Translations under genes and position numbers: made by a program
Origin: Eledone cirrhosa
Taxonomy: Eukaryota
Length of the DNA stretch: 64,000 bases
Direction: 5' to 3'
NCBI GenBank assembly: GCA_964016885.1
Contig: CAXHJY010001105.1
Location: 124,001 to 188,000 of the forward strand
Notes under the pieces: model-generated
Told to the model about the DNA's origin: nothing
What the model saw: only the letters and a program-made list of their open reading frames with translations
Database searches by the model: none
Shown here: piece by piece, positions 50,874 to 61,662 of the stretch
Layout of the letters: each line of letters opens with the position of its first letter
How positions within the stretch are numbered: the stretch's first letter is position 1

Positions 50874-52616
50874 CTACCTGTTCGGCTCCTGAGGAGCAGG
50901 TTGCACAATATCCATGGGCGTATTGGAGGGGTTGTTTGGTGGGGTGTTGTTCTGTGGTGGAGTGGGGGTGTTTGGTGAGGTGTGGGTGGGGAAACGTTTC
51001 AAGAGGACGCGATTATAGGGTCGAGTACATGTTTTCCCCACGTCCTCAGGAAAGTTCTCTCTTAGTTTTGCATAGGTGTCCATTGGGAGTCTTATCATTT
51101 TTAAATGCGGTTTGTTGGCCGCGCTTGCAAAGAATTGCCCTTCAGTTTCCACCAAAGGGTCTTTGTGTATTGTTTTTACTAGTTCTTTGTTATTTGTGTT
51201 AATGTATGTATACTGTTTTATTTGTGTTGTGTTTGTTTGTTGTTCTTGTGTGTGCTTACGTTTTGTTGTATGTGTTATGTTTTGGGGTGGGGCGGATTTT
51301 GTTTGTTCTGTTTGTTTTGTTTTTGTTGGTGGTTGTGTGTTTGTTTCGTTTATGTTCGAGTGGTGCTTTCTTTTTTTCCTTTTTACAGGTTGGAAGGGTT
51401 CCCCCTCTTCGTCACTAGGTGCCGTGTCCGCTGGGTCCTCGTCCGTGCTGTCGGGTAGTGGTGTATTTTGGGGTTTTGTTGTATTTGTGTGTGTTTTGGG
51501 AGTTGTTTTGGGTGGGGCCGTGTCTTGTGTTATTTTTCCCTGTTGTTTTTGTTGTTGTTGTGGTGGTGGTGGTGGAGGTGGTGGTGGTGGTGGTGGTGGC
51601 GGTGGTGGTGTGTGGGGTGTAGGCAAAAGAGCCTTTTTTTTTGTCAATTGAGGACAAGCAGCCCTTAGATGACCCCTGCTTGAACAGTAGTAACATATGG
51701 GCCTCCTACCCTCGGCTGAAATATATATAAATGTTTCTCCATCGAGGGACACCCTCTGTGGTATTCTAGCGATTCGTTCTGGTCTCATTTGGACCAGAAC
51801 CTCCACGCTCAAACCGCCGAAAACGTCTGTGGTGACTTCTCCTACTGAGAGGATTCCGTCCTCGTCTTCTAAAAATCCTGTTAGTACCCAGGAAATGCAT
51901 GCATTTGGCCGGATTCCGGAGACCCTTATCTTCTGCGTTCTTTTCCCTAAATATGTGGGGAAAAATGTATATATCTTGGAAACAATTGGTGCCACAGAGT
52001 ATTTCCTGGCCGTCAATTGATCCTTCATTAGGACCGTTATATTCCCATAGAGTGGCCCTTTTTGTATGAACGATATATCACTCCACACATTTTTTAGGAC
52101 CAGCTCAATCTCTTTTTGGGATAATTGAGTTGGTTTCCTTGTTATGTTGGAAATTGTTCTGAAAGATATCGTTCTTAGCGTCGTGTCTCTTTTGATTTCT
52201 TGTGGGGAGGTGATTGTGAAGTCTCCTCCTTCTTTGAAAGTTACATACTGTTTCGCTTCCTTCATCTTTTCTCTCAGAGTTGTAATGTCCAGTTGCTTGC
52301 AGGTTTGTGTTTTCCGGACCGCCTGTGCAAAGGAGGTACCAGTAGTGGGTTCACTTTGTTTGGTGTTATCGTTATTTTTTCCTTGGTTGGTGTTGTGACT
52401 ATTGCTGTTATTGTCGTTGATGTTTTTGTCTGCGTTTATGTGACTTTCTGGGTTTTCACCCATTTCTACAAATTTTTCTTTTAATTCCGTGTTCCATGTT
52501 TCTTTTGCAGAAGTGAGGAGGGAAGACTTAGAGCCTTGTGCTTCTAGCTTCTCTGTATCACCTTTCTTAGGGGGCGTGGCTTTCACGTTAGGATGAGATG
52601 TGAAAATTCCGTCCAT
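50874..52616 (-). CDS. ORF1 gag-like CCHC protein, copy 2
   Basis: As copy 1. First ATG at 52616. Confidence 0.9.
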   Translation of the reverse strand: MDGIFTSHPNVKATPPKKGDTEKLEAQGSKSSLLTSAKETWNTELKEKFVEMGENPESHINADKNINDNNSNSHNTNQGKNNDNTKQSEPTTGTSFAQAVRKTQTCKQLDITTLREKMKEAKQYVTFKEGGDFTITSPQEIKRDTTLRTISFRTISNITRKPTQLSQKEIELVLKNVWSDISFIQKGPLYGNITVLMKDQLTARKYSVAPIVSKIYTFFPTYLGKRTQKIRVSGIRPNACISWVLTGFLEDEDGILSVGEVTTDVFGGLSVEVLVQMRPERIARIPQRVSLDGETFIYISAEGRRPICYYCSSRGHLRAACPQLTKKKALLPTPHTPPPPPPPPPPPPPPPPQQQQKQQGKITQDTAPPKTTPKTHTNTTKPQNTPLPDSTDEDPADTAPSDEEGEPFQPVKRKKRKHHSNINETNTQPPTKTKQTEQTKSAPPQNITHTTKRKHTQEQQTNTTQIKQYTYINTNNKELVKTIHKDPLVETEGQFFASAANKPHLKMIRLPMDTYAKLRENFPEDVGKTCTRPYNRVLLKRFPTHTSPNTPTPPQNNTPPNNPSNTPMDIVQPAPQEPNR

Positions 52617-52827
52617 TTCTATTAGTTTGCCGTAATAAATTTTTAACTGGAAAATTCGCCCCAAAAAGGGGCGAAAATAAATAAACTCAAAGTTTGACGA
52701 CCAAGGCAAGGGGTTAACGTATATTACAGTATAAAAAAATTAATCAAAACTCACTTTTTGAGTAAGTAAATCCGACTCGGTAGCCGAGCTTGTTCACACA
52801 CGTCAACACACGTCTCTCGTATACGAG

Positions 52828-52892
52828 ATGTTATGTGAGATATTATGTGAGGTAAAGCCTTTACTGTGACAATACAATAGTATATATAGAGT
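52828..52892. repeat. Single 72-bp satellite monomer minus 7 bp, between LINE copies 2 and 3
   Basis: 65 bp, ATGTTATGTGAG...TATATATAGAGT, which is the monomer lacking AATGTAA. Confidence 0.95.
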
Positions 52893-53129
52893 GGTTTCTT
52901 TATTTGCCACTAGGGCACAAAAGGTAGGGACAGATACAAGGGGGGAAGTTTACATATAATTAACGAGTACAAAAATAAAACAATGAAATAACAACAACAA
53001 ACGAAGTCCTCAATAGGGAGGGGGCATTAACATGGGTCGCACACACCCCGGAAAAAATGTGTAACCCTTCTCCTCAGGAGCACAAAGAGTAGGTGCTTCC
53101 CTCGTCTCCTCTTTTTCCTCTTCTTTCAC

Positions 53130-56100
53130 CTACAGGCTGATATAGAGAGAAGACCCATTCACTCTGGCCATTCTCCCTACTTTCACCCACCTTTCATAAA
53201 ACTTGCTGGGGTAGAGCACCTCTCTCTCCATTCTGATCCTTCTTTTAAAATGGTATTTGAAAAAGGGGACCAGTTGTTGGCCGGAGAGAAAGGTGTCTGA
53301 CCTCAGCCCTTTCAGCCTCGTCCACCATACAACTTCTTTAGCCATGGCTACCACACAGAGAAAAACCGCCTCTCCTTCGTTTTTGAAAGGGGGAGGCGGT
53401 TTGATCGTGACAATGGACTCGGTGGTCAACCGGATTGGTCCCACCCTCGACAGTAGTCGTTCCACATAGCCCCACAGGTCAGCAATGCCTGGGCAGTGTA
53501 CGAATGCGTGCGCAACGGTTTCGTCATCATGCACGCATCTCGGACAGATCTTATTCAAAGGATCTCTACCCAGGCTCCCATGCCTGTGGAGCTTGTCTCG
53601 AACGGGTAGAGCCCCTCGGTAGCACTGCCAAGCCAGGGACTTTTGGAAGTTGTCCATCGGTCCAGGGCCAAACGTCCTACCGAACAGACTGGCCAGTTCA
53701 TCTTCCTCCATGCCTAGAGCTTCTCCGAGAGCATCGTCGCACCTGCTGCGTACCAACCCTCTATAGAATGTCGACGTGGAGTCTCCACTGATTGCCGGGT
53801 CCGCTTTCCAGAGGGCCGTGAGCGCCTGGGCACATTCAATGTGCCAGTCGCCCACTTTTCTCGGTCTTTGCTTGACCCAGGATTGCAGCTCGGTGAGCGA
53901 GACGAGTCTGGGAAAGGCTCGCCTCACAAACGGGGCCCACACCGGTTGACCGGTGAGGAATACCTGGAGGTGCCGTAGCCTTAATGCGTGTTTACGCATC
54001 TGTAGCCACGGCATCCCCAGCCCTCCTTTCGAAGGGTGTTGACAGCAGATGGATCTCCTCACCAAAGGGGTCCGCTTGTTCCAAAGAAATTGGAACAGCG
54101 CGCACTCCATTTTGGCGAGTCTTTTCACTGGGCAAGGCACGACGGTCAAGCGGTAGTAGATGACGGATGCTATATAAGTATTCGCCACCTCCGCTCGACC
54201 TTTCAGGGATAGTTTGCACTGGGCCCACTTCTGGGTGAGTGCAAACACCCTGGCCGTTACCTCGTTCCAGTTTTTCTCCACCTGGAGGTCTGGTCCGAAC
54301 CAGACCCCAAGCAGCTTCACCGGGCCCTCCGTCCAGCGTCCGACGACGTCGTTGGAGGGCATCGGTTTGCCTCTCCATGTTCCGAGTTGCAAACCGACGG
54401 ACTTGTCCCGGTTCAGCTTGGCTCCTGTAAACCTTTCATATTCCTCCAGTAAGGTGCCGATCTCACCGATTTGCGAGGTTTTCGACACCATTACTGTCAC
54501 GTCATCGGCGTAGGCCGACGCCGCTTTCTGCAATCCCGGTTCCAAAGGGATGCCCTGCAACCGCTCCAACTTCCGCAGTAGTGGCTCAAGAGCCAGCACA
54601 TACAGTAGGGAGGAGAGAGGGCATCCCTGTCGGATGGATCGCATGATTTGGAACGGCTCCGAGAGGTGGCCGTTCACCTTGACCCTTGAGCAGACGTTGC
54701 TGCTGTGCATCGCAGCAATCCAACCCCTGAAAACGGGTCCGAAGCCTGCCGCCGCGAGCACCGCATCCAGGTAACGATGGTCAACCCTATCGAAAGCTTT
54801 AGATTGATCCAAGTTGATCAGGGCCCCACCAAAGCCGGGTTCATTCCCTACCCTCTCTATGATGTATCGCATAAGGTAGAGATTGTCGTGAATGGACCTG
54901 GACGGGATTGCGCATGTCTGCGCTTCTCCCACCAGGTTTCCAACGACAAGCGCCAACCTCTTCGCTAACACCTTGGCCAAAATCTTTAACTCTGTATTTA
55001 GCAGAGTTATGGGCCTGAAGTTACTTATGTCATCCCCCTTGTTCTCATCCTTCCTCACCAGCGTAACTACGCCCTTGGTCACAGAACTGGGAATTCTCCC
55101 GTTCTGCTGCCAGTTGCAGTAGACCGCTTCGAGGATATCGGAGAACAAGTCCGGCATCGCTACATATAGCTCGTATGGTAGACCATCGAGACCCGGGGAT
55201 TTGCGTTTGCCGCATTGGCTCAGCGCCGCCCCTATCTCAGCAGCTGAAATCGTCCTTTCGCAGGACTTCGCCTCCGCGTCCGAGAGGCGCGGCAGACCGT
55301 CGAGGTATGGATTGAAATCCATAGTCTCACCCGGCGCGCCGCCCCTCTCGAACAGTCGTGCAAAGTGCCGCTGAAAGGCCGCACACATCTGCCCAGGTTC
55401 AAGGATCACACGCCCATCCTGGTCCTTCAAAGACCGAATCGTGGACTTGTTCCCACTTTTTGCCTCTGTCACTCGGGCCCAGCTCACAGCTTTGGCTCCC
55501 TCATTACCCAGAGCACGTATTTTACTCCTGACAACGCAGCCTTCATGCTTCACCTCAAAGAACTGGTCTAAGGCCATTCTTGATGCCAGCACGCCGGCTA
55601 CATTGCCACTCCTAATCGCCTCTTCTACTCTATCTACTAATTCCCTTTCCGTCTTGTTCCTATCCCTTGCTAATTCCTGACTAAAACCTATCGATTCTAT
55701 TCTAATTGCTCTCTTAAGAGAGCTCCACCACCTGTTGTTGACAATTGCCCCTGTCAAACTCTGCTTAACTAACGTGCTAATCCGTTTACTGTAAGCTTTG
55801 CTTCTCGGTAAGGACAAGTTCAGCTTCCAGTAACCGGGTCCCTGTCTATGGGTTCTATCAAGGTTGGCTATGCAGGTCACTAACTTGTGATCCGAATAGT
55901 CAACCATGAACATTTTTGGACAGCTAAATGTGTCCCTATCGTTCTCTCTAACTAGGACCCTATCTAGGTACGACCTAGATGTTCCACTGCGATTGGTCCA
56001 CGTCCATAGTGGTACAGTCGGAAAATCTAGTCGATATCTATCGGCCAGGTCAAATCGGCCGATTAACCTTTTGAGGCTTTTACACCCCCCCCCTCTATTG

Positions 56101-56570
56101 GCACATGCCCCTACATAGTCCCAACGTGCATCCAGGATACCATTCCAGTCCCCCACTAAAAGCAAGGAGCGGGACGTTCCCAGAAAAGTTTCCAGACGTT
56201 GGAAGTATTCCGGCCGCGCTGCCCAAAAAGGGGCGTACACAGCTATTAGTCTAAGGGCTCCACTTTCACTACTGCCGACGTCTAAAACCACCAGTCGACC
56301 CTCCGGGTCCAGGTGCACCTTCTGTATTGCGAGGCCCAGGTGTTTTCGCAGCAGAACGACAACTCCACCCCCACCCCCCGGTTGACAGAGAGATGCGAAG
56401 ATCTCAAAGTCGTCGAAGAGGGGCGCCAGTTGGTGCTCGCTGCTGATCCTGGACTCGCAAATAGCCATTACATCCATTCTATGTGACCTGAGATCGTTTA
56501 AAAGTTTGCCTTGTTTCCAAGACAGTCCCAGGCCACGTACATTCAGACACCCAACTCTTATATCAGCCAT
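53130..56570 (-). CDS. ORF2: APE endonuclease + reverse transcriptase + zinc finger (1146 aa), copy 3
   Basis: Same motifs as copy 2, with one extra Gly from the 9-nt G run. Confidence 0.96.
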   Translation of the reverse strand: MADIRVGCLNVRGLGLSWKQGKLLNDLRSHRMDVMAICESRISSEHQLAPLFDDFEIFASLCQPGGGGGVVVLLRKHLGLAIQKVHLDPEGRLVVLDVGSSESGALRLIAVYAPFWAARPEYFQRLETFLGTSRSLLLVGDWNGILDARWDYVGACANRGGGCKSLKRLIGRFDLADRYRLDFPTVPLWTWTNRSGTSRSYLDRVLVRENDRDTFSCPKMFMVDYSDHKLVTCIANLDRTHRQGPGYWKLNLSLPRSKAYSKRISTLVKQSLTGAIVNNRWWSSLKRAIRIESIGFSQELARDRNKTERELVDRVEEAIRSGNVAGVLASRMALDQFFEVKHEGCVVRSKIRALGNEGAKAVSWARVTEAKSGNKSTIRSLKDQDGRVILEPGQMCAAFQRHFARLFERGGAPGETMDFNPYLDGLPRLSDAEAKSCERTISAAEIGAALSQCGKRKSPGLDGLPYELYVAMPDLFSDILEAVYCNWQQNGRIPSSVTKGVVTLVRKDENKGDDISNFRPITLLNTELKILAKVLAKRLALVVGNLVGEAQTCAIPSRSIHDNLYLMRYIIERVGNEPGFGGALINLDQSKAFDRVDHRYLDAVLAAAGFGPVFRGWIAAMHSSNVCSRVKVNGHLSEPFQIMRSIRQGCPLSSLLYVLALEPLLRKLERLQGIPLEPGLQKAASAYADDVTVMVSKTSQIGEIGTLLEEYERFTGAKLNRDKSVGLQLGTWRGKPMPSNDVVGRWTEGPVKLLGVWFGPDLQVEKNWNEVTARVFALTQKWAQCKLSLKGRAEVANTYIASVIYYRLTVVPCPVKRLAKMECALFQFLWNKRTPLVRRSICCQHPSKGGLGMPWLQMRKHALRLRHLQVFLTGQPVWAPFVRRAFPRLVSLTELQSWVKQRPRKVGDWHIECAQALTALWKADPAISGDSTSTFYRGLVRSRCDDALGEALGMEEDELASLFGRTFGPGPMDNFQKSLAWQCYRGALPVRDKLHRHGSLGRDPLNKICPRCVHDDETVAHAFVHCPGIADLWGYVERLLSRVGPIRLTTESIVTIKPPPPFKNEGEAVFLCVVAMAKEVVWWTRLKGLRSDTFLSGQQLVPFFKYHFKRRIRMEREVLYPSKFYERWVKVGRMARVNGSSLYISL

Positions 56571-56591
56571 GTTGGTTAAAAGAGGAAGGAC

Positions 56592-58334
56592 CTACCTGTT
56601 CGGCTCCTGAGGAGCAGGTTGCACAATATCCATGGGCGTATTGGAGGGGTTGTTTGGTGGGGTGTTGTTCTGTGGTGGAGTGGGGGTGTTTGGTGAGGTG
56701 TGGGTGGGAAAACGTTTCAAGAGGACGCGGTTATAGGGTCGAGTACATGTTTTCCCCACGTCCTCAGGAAAGTTCTCTCTTAGTTTTGCATAGGTGTCCA
56801 TTGGGAGTCTTATCATTTTTAAATGCGGTTTGTTGGCCGCGCTTGCAAAGAATTGCCCTTCAGTTTCCACCAAAGGGTCTTTGTGTATTGTTTTTACTAG
56901 TTCTTTGTTATTTGTGTTAATGTATGTATACTGTTTTATTTGTGTTGTGTTTGTTTGTTGTTCTTGTGTGTGCTTACGTTTTGTTGTATGTGTTATGTTT
57001 TGGGGTGGGGCGGATTTTGTTTGTTCTGTTTGTTTTGTTTTTGTTGGTGGTTGTGTGTTTGTTTCGTTTATGTTCGAGTGGTGCTTTCTTTTTTTCCTTT
57101 TTACAGGTTGGAAGGGTTCCCCCTCTTCGTCACTAGGTGCCGTTTCCGCTGGGTCCTCGTCCGTGCTGTCGGGTAGTGGTGTATTTTGGGGTTTTGTTGT
57201 ATTTGTGTGTGTTTTGGGAGTTGTTTTGGGTGGGGCCGTGTCTTGTGTTATTTTTCCCTGTTGTTTTTGTTGTTGTTGTGGTGGTGGTGGTGGAGGTGGT
57301 GGTGGTGGTGGTGGTGGCGGTGGTGGTGTGTGGGGTGTAGGCAAAAGAGCCTTTTTTTTTGTCAATTGAGGACAAGCAGCCCTTAGATGACCCCTGCTTG
57401 AACAGTAGTAACATATGGGCCTCCTACCCTCGGCTGAAATATATATAAATGTTTCTCCATCGAGGGACACCCTCTGTGGTATTCTAGCTATTCGTTCTGG
57501 TCTCATTTGGACCAGAACCTCCACGCTCAAACCGCCGAAAACGTCTGTGGTGACTTCTCCTACTGAGAGGATTCCGTCCTCGTCTTCTAAAAATCCTGTT
57601 AGTACCCAGGAAATGCATGCATTTGGCCGGATTCCGGAGACCCTTATCTTCTGCGTTCTTTTCCCTAAATATGTGGGGAAAAATGTATGTAGCTTGGAAA
57701 CAATTGGTGCCACAGAGTATTTCCTGGCCGTCAATTGATCCTTCATTAGGACCGTTATATTCCCATAGAGTGGCCCTTTTTGTATGAACGATATATCACT
57801 CCACACATTTTTTAGGACCAGCTCAATCTCTTTTTGGGATAATTGAGTTGGTTTCCTTGTTATGTTGGAAATTGTTCTGAAAGATATCGTTCTTAGCGTC
57901 GTGTCTCTTTTGATTTCTTGTGGGGAGGTGATTGTGAAGTCTCCTCCTTCTTTGAAAGTTACATACTGTTTCGCTTCCTTCATCTTTTCTCTCAGAGTTG
58001 TAATGTCCAGTTGCTTGCAGGTTTGTGTTTTCCGGACCGCCTGTGCAAAGGAGGCACCAGTAGTGGGTTCGCTTTGTTTGGTGTTATCGTTATTTTTTCC
58101 TTGGTTGGTGTTGTGACTATTGCTGTTATTGTCGTTGTTGTTTTTGTCTGCGTTTATGTGACTTTCTGGGTTTTCACCCATTTTTACAAATTTTTCTTTT
58201 AATTCCGTGTTCCATGTTTCTTTTGCAGAAGTCAGGAGGGAAGACTTAGAGCCTTGTGCTTCTAGCTTCTCTGTATCACCTTTCTTAGGGGGCGTGGCTT
58301 TCACGTTAGGATGAGATGTGAAAATTCCGTCCAT
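56592..58334 (-). CDS. ORF1 gag-like CCHC protein, copy 3
   Basis: As copy 1. First ATG at 58334. Confidence 0.9.
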   Translation of the reverse strand: MDGIFTSHPNVKATPPKKGDTEKLEAQGSKSSLLTSAKETWNTELKEKFVKMGENPESHINADKNNNDNNSNSHNTNQGKNNDNTKQSEPTTGASFAQAVRKTQTCKQLDITTLREKMKEAKQYVTFKEGGDFTITSPQEIKRDTTLRTISFRTISNITRKPTQLSQKEIELVLKNVWSDISFIQKGPLYGNITVLMKDQLTARKYSVAPIVSKLHTFFPTYLGKRTQKIRVSGIRPNACISWVLTGFLEDEDGILSVGEVTTDVFGGLSVEVLVQMRPERIARIPQRVSLDGETFIYISAEGRRPICYYCSSRGHLRAACPQLTKKKALLPTPHTPPPPPPPPPPPPPPPPQQQQKQQGKITQDTAPPKTTPKTHTNTTKPQNTPLPDSTDEDPAETAPSDEEGEPFQPVKRKKRKHHSNINETNTQPPTKTKQTEQTKSAPPQNITHTTKRKHTQEQQTNTTQIKQYTYINTNNKELVKTIHKDPLVETEGQFFASAANKPHLKMIRLPMDTYAKLRENFPEDVGKTCTRPYNRVLLKRFPTHTSPNTPTPPQNNTPPNNPSNTPMDIVQPAPQEPNR

Positions 58335-58548
58335 TTCTATTAGTTTGCCGTAATAAATTTTTAACTGGAAAATTCGCCCCAAAAAGGGGCGAAAATAAAT
58401 AAACTCAAAGTTTGACGACCAAGGCAAGGGGTTAACGTATATTACAGTATAAAAAAAAAATTAATCAAAACTCACTTTTTGAGTAAGTAAATCCGACTCG
58501 GTAGCCGAGCTTGTTCACACACGTCAACACACGTCTCTCGTATACGAG

Positions 58549-60714
58549 ATGTTATGTGAGATATTATGTGAGGTAAAGCCTTTACTGTGACAATACAATA
58601 GTATATATAGAGTAATGTAAATGTTATGTGAGATATTATGTGAGGTAAAGCCTTTACTGTGACAATACAATAGTATATAGAGAGTAATGTAAATGTTATG
58701 TGAGATATTATGTGAGGTAAAGCCTTTACTGTGACAATACAATAGTATATAGAGAGTAATGTAAATGTTATGTGAGATATTATGTGAGGTAAAGCCTTTA
58801 CTGTGACAATACAATAGTATATATAGAGTAATGTAAATGTTATGTGAGATATTATGTGAGGTAAAGCCTTTACTGTGACAATACAATAGTATATATAGAG
58901 TAATGTAACTGTTATGTGAGATATTATGTGAGGTAAAGCCTTTACTGTGACAATACAATAGTATATATAGAGTAATGTAACTGTTATGTGAGATATTATG
59001 TGAGGTAAAGCCTTTACTGTGACAATACAATAGTATATATAGAGTAATGTAACTGTTATGTGAGATATTATGTGAGGTAAAGCCTTTACTGTGACAATAC
59101 AATAGTATATATAGAGTAATGTAAATGTTATGTGAGATATTATGTGAGGTAAAGCCTTTACTGTGAAAATACAATAGTATATATAGAGTAATGTAAATGT
59201 TATGTGAGATATTATGTGAGGTAAAGACTTTACTGTGACAATACAATAGTATATATAGAGTAATGTAACTGTTATGTGAGATATTATGTGAGGTAAAGCC
59301 TTTACTGTGACAATACAATAGTATATATAGAGTAATGTAACTGTTATGTGAGATATTATGTGAGGTAAAGACTTTACTGTGACAATACAATAGTATATAT
59401 AGAGTAATGTAACTGTTATGTGAGATATTATGTGAGGTAAAGCCTTTACTGTGACAATACAATAGTATATATAGAGTAATGTAAATGTTATGTGAGATAT
59501 TATGTGAGGTAAAGCCTTTACTGTGACAATACAATAGTATATAGAGAGTAATGTAAATGTTATGTGAGATATTATGTGAGGTAAAGCCTTTACTGTGACA
59601 ATACAATAGTATATAGAGAGTAATGTAAATGTTATGTGAGATATTATGTGAGGTAAAGCCTTTACTGTGACAATACAATAGTATATAGAGAGTAATGTAA
59701 ATGTTATGTGAGATATTATGTGAGGTAAAGCCTTTACTGTGACAATACAATAGTATATATAGAGTAATGTAACTGTTATGTGAGATATTATGTGAGGTAA
59801 AGCCTTTACTGTGACAATACAATAGTATATATAGAGTAATGTAACTGTTATGTGAGATATTATGTGAGGTAAAGCCTTTACTGTGACAATACAATAGTAT
59901 ATATAGAGTAATGTAAATGTTATGTGAGATATTATGTGAGGTAAAGCCTTTACTGTGAAAATACAATAGTATATATAGAGTAATGTAAATGTTATGTGAG
60001 ATATTATGTGAGGTAAAGACTTTACTGTGACAATACAATAGTATATATAGAGTAATGTAACTGTTATGTGAGATATTATGTGAGGTAAAGCCTTTACTGT
60101 GACAATACAATAGTATATATAGAGTAATGTAACTGTTATGTGAGATATTATGTGAGGTAAAGACTTTACTGTGACAATACAATAGTATATATAGAGTAAT
60201 GTAACTGTTATGTGAGATATTATGTGAGGTAAAGCCTTTACTGTGACAATACAATAGTATATATAGAGTAATGTAAATGTTATGTGAGATATTATGTGAG
60301 GTAAAGCCTTTACTGTGACAATACAATAGTATATATAGAGTAATGTAACTGTTATGTGAGATATTATGTGAGGTAAAGCCTTTACTGTGACAATACAATA
60401 GTATATATAGAGTAATGTAAATGTTATGTGAGATATTATGTGAGGTAAAGCCTTTACTGTGACAATACAATAGTATATAGAGAGTAATGTAAATGTTATG
60501 TGAGATATTATGTGAGGTAAAGCCTTTACTGTGACAATACAATAGTATATATAGAGTAATGTAAATGTTATGTGAGATATTATGTGAGGTAAAGCCTTTA
60601 CTGTGACAATACAATAGTATATATAGAGTAATGTAAATGTTATGTGAGATATTATGTGAGGTAAAGCCTTTACTGTGACAATACAATAGTATATAGAGAG
60701 TAATGTAAATGTTA
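58549..60714. repeat. 72-bp satellite, right block (~30 monomers)
   Basis: Same unit, with a TATAGAGAGT variant. Variants recur 792 bp (11 monomers) apart. Confidence 0.97.
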
Positions 60715-60720
60715 AAGGGT

Positions 60721-60781
60721 TAAGGATGAAAGGCAAAGCTAACCTTGTCGGGAATTGAACTCAGAACATAAAGGGCCATAA
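60721..60781 (-). mobile_element. Fragment of the same tRNA-SINE family as 34901-35115
   Basis: TAAGGATGAAAGGCAAAGCTAACCTTGTCGGGAATTGAACTCAGAACATAAAGGGCCATAA aligns by eye with ~35007-35067. Confidence 0.8.
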
Positions 60782-60787
60782 CAAGAC

Positions 60788-61662
60788 AAACAACAACAAC
60801 AGTGACAACAACAGTAACAGCATCACCACTACCACCACCAACAACCATAACAACAACAACACCACCACCACCAACAACAACAACAGTAACAACACAGTAA
60901 CAAGATCAGCAGTAACACCAACACCAACAACAACAACAGTAACAACACCACCACCAACACCACCACCAACAACAACACCAACAACAACACCAACAGTAAC
61001 AACAACAACAACAACAACAACAGTAACAACACCACCAACAACAACAACACCAACAACACCAACAACAACACCAACAGTAACAACAACAACAACAACAGTA
61101 ACAACACCACCAACAACAACAACACCAACAACACCAACAACAACAGTAACACCACCACCAACAACAACAACAACAACACCAACAGTAACAACAACAACAA
61201 CAGTAACACCACCACCAACAACAACAACAACAACAACAACAGTAACAACAACAGTAACAACACCACCAACAACAACACCAACAACACCACCACCAACAAG
61301 AACAACAACAACACCAACAACAACAACACCAACAGTAACAACAACAACAGTAACAACAACACCAACAACAACAACACCAACAGTAACAACAACAACAACA
61401 ACACCACCAACAACAACACCAACAACACCAACAACAACACCAACAGTAACACCAACACCACCAACAACAACAACACCAACAGTAACAACACCACCACCAC
61501 CAACAACAACACCAACAGTAACAACAACACCACCACCAACAACAACAACACCACCAACAGTAACAACAACAACAGTAACAACACCACCACCAACAACAAC
61601 AACACCAACAACAACAACACCAACAGTAACACCACCACCACCAACAACAACAACAACAACAA
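60788..61662. repeat. Compound trinucleotide microsatellite (AAC/CAC with interspersed AGT)
   Basis: About 870 bp of in-phase AAC/ACC/AGT triplets. Confidence 0.95.

Larger units (their letters stand above)
47178..52827 (-). mobile_element. Full-length Tx1/L1-group non-LTR retrotransposon, copy 2 (5650 bp; both ORFs intact)
   Basis: Same structure and identical junctions as copy 1, with private SNPs. Confidence 0.96.
52893..58548 (-). mobile_element. Full-length Tx1/L1-group non-LTR retrotransposon, copy 3 (5656 bp; both ORFs intact)
   Basis: Same structure and identical junctions as copies 1 and 2. Confidence 0.96.

Noticed and set aside
41330-58202. Many short plus-strand and alternative-frame ORFs within the three LINEs
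   Set aside because: Antisense shadows of ORF1 and ORF2. They recur only because the element is triplicated.
40966-58548. LTR retrotransposon with the satellite acting as LTRs, or a HeT-A/TART-like telomeric array
   Set aside because: APE-RT architecture with no integrase or protease. The flanks are variable numbers of satellite monomers, the array continues on both sides, and there are no telomeric repeats.
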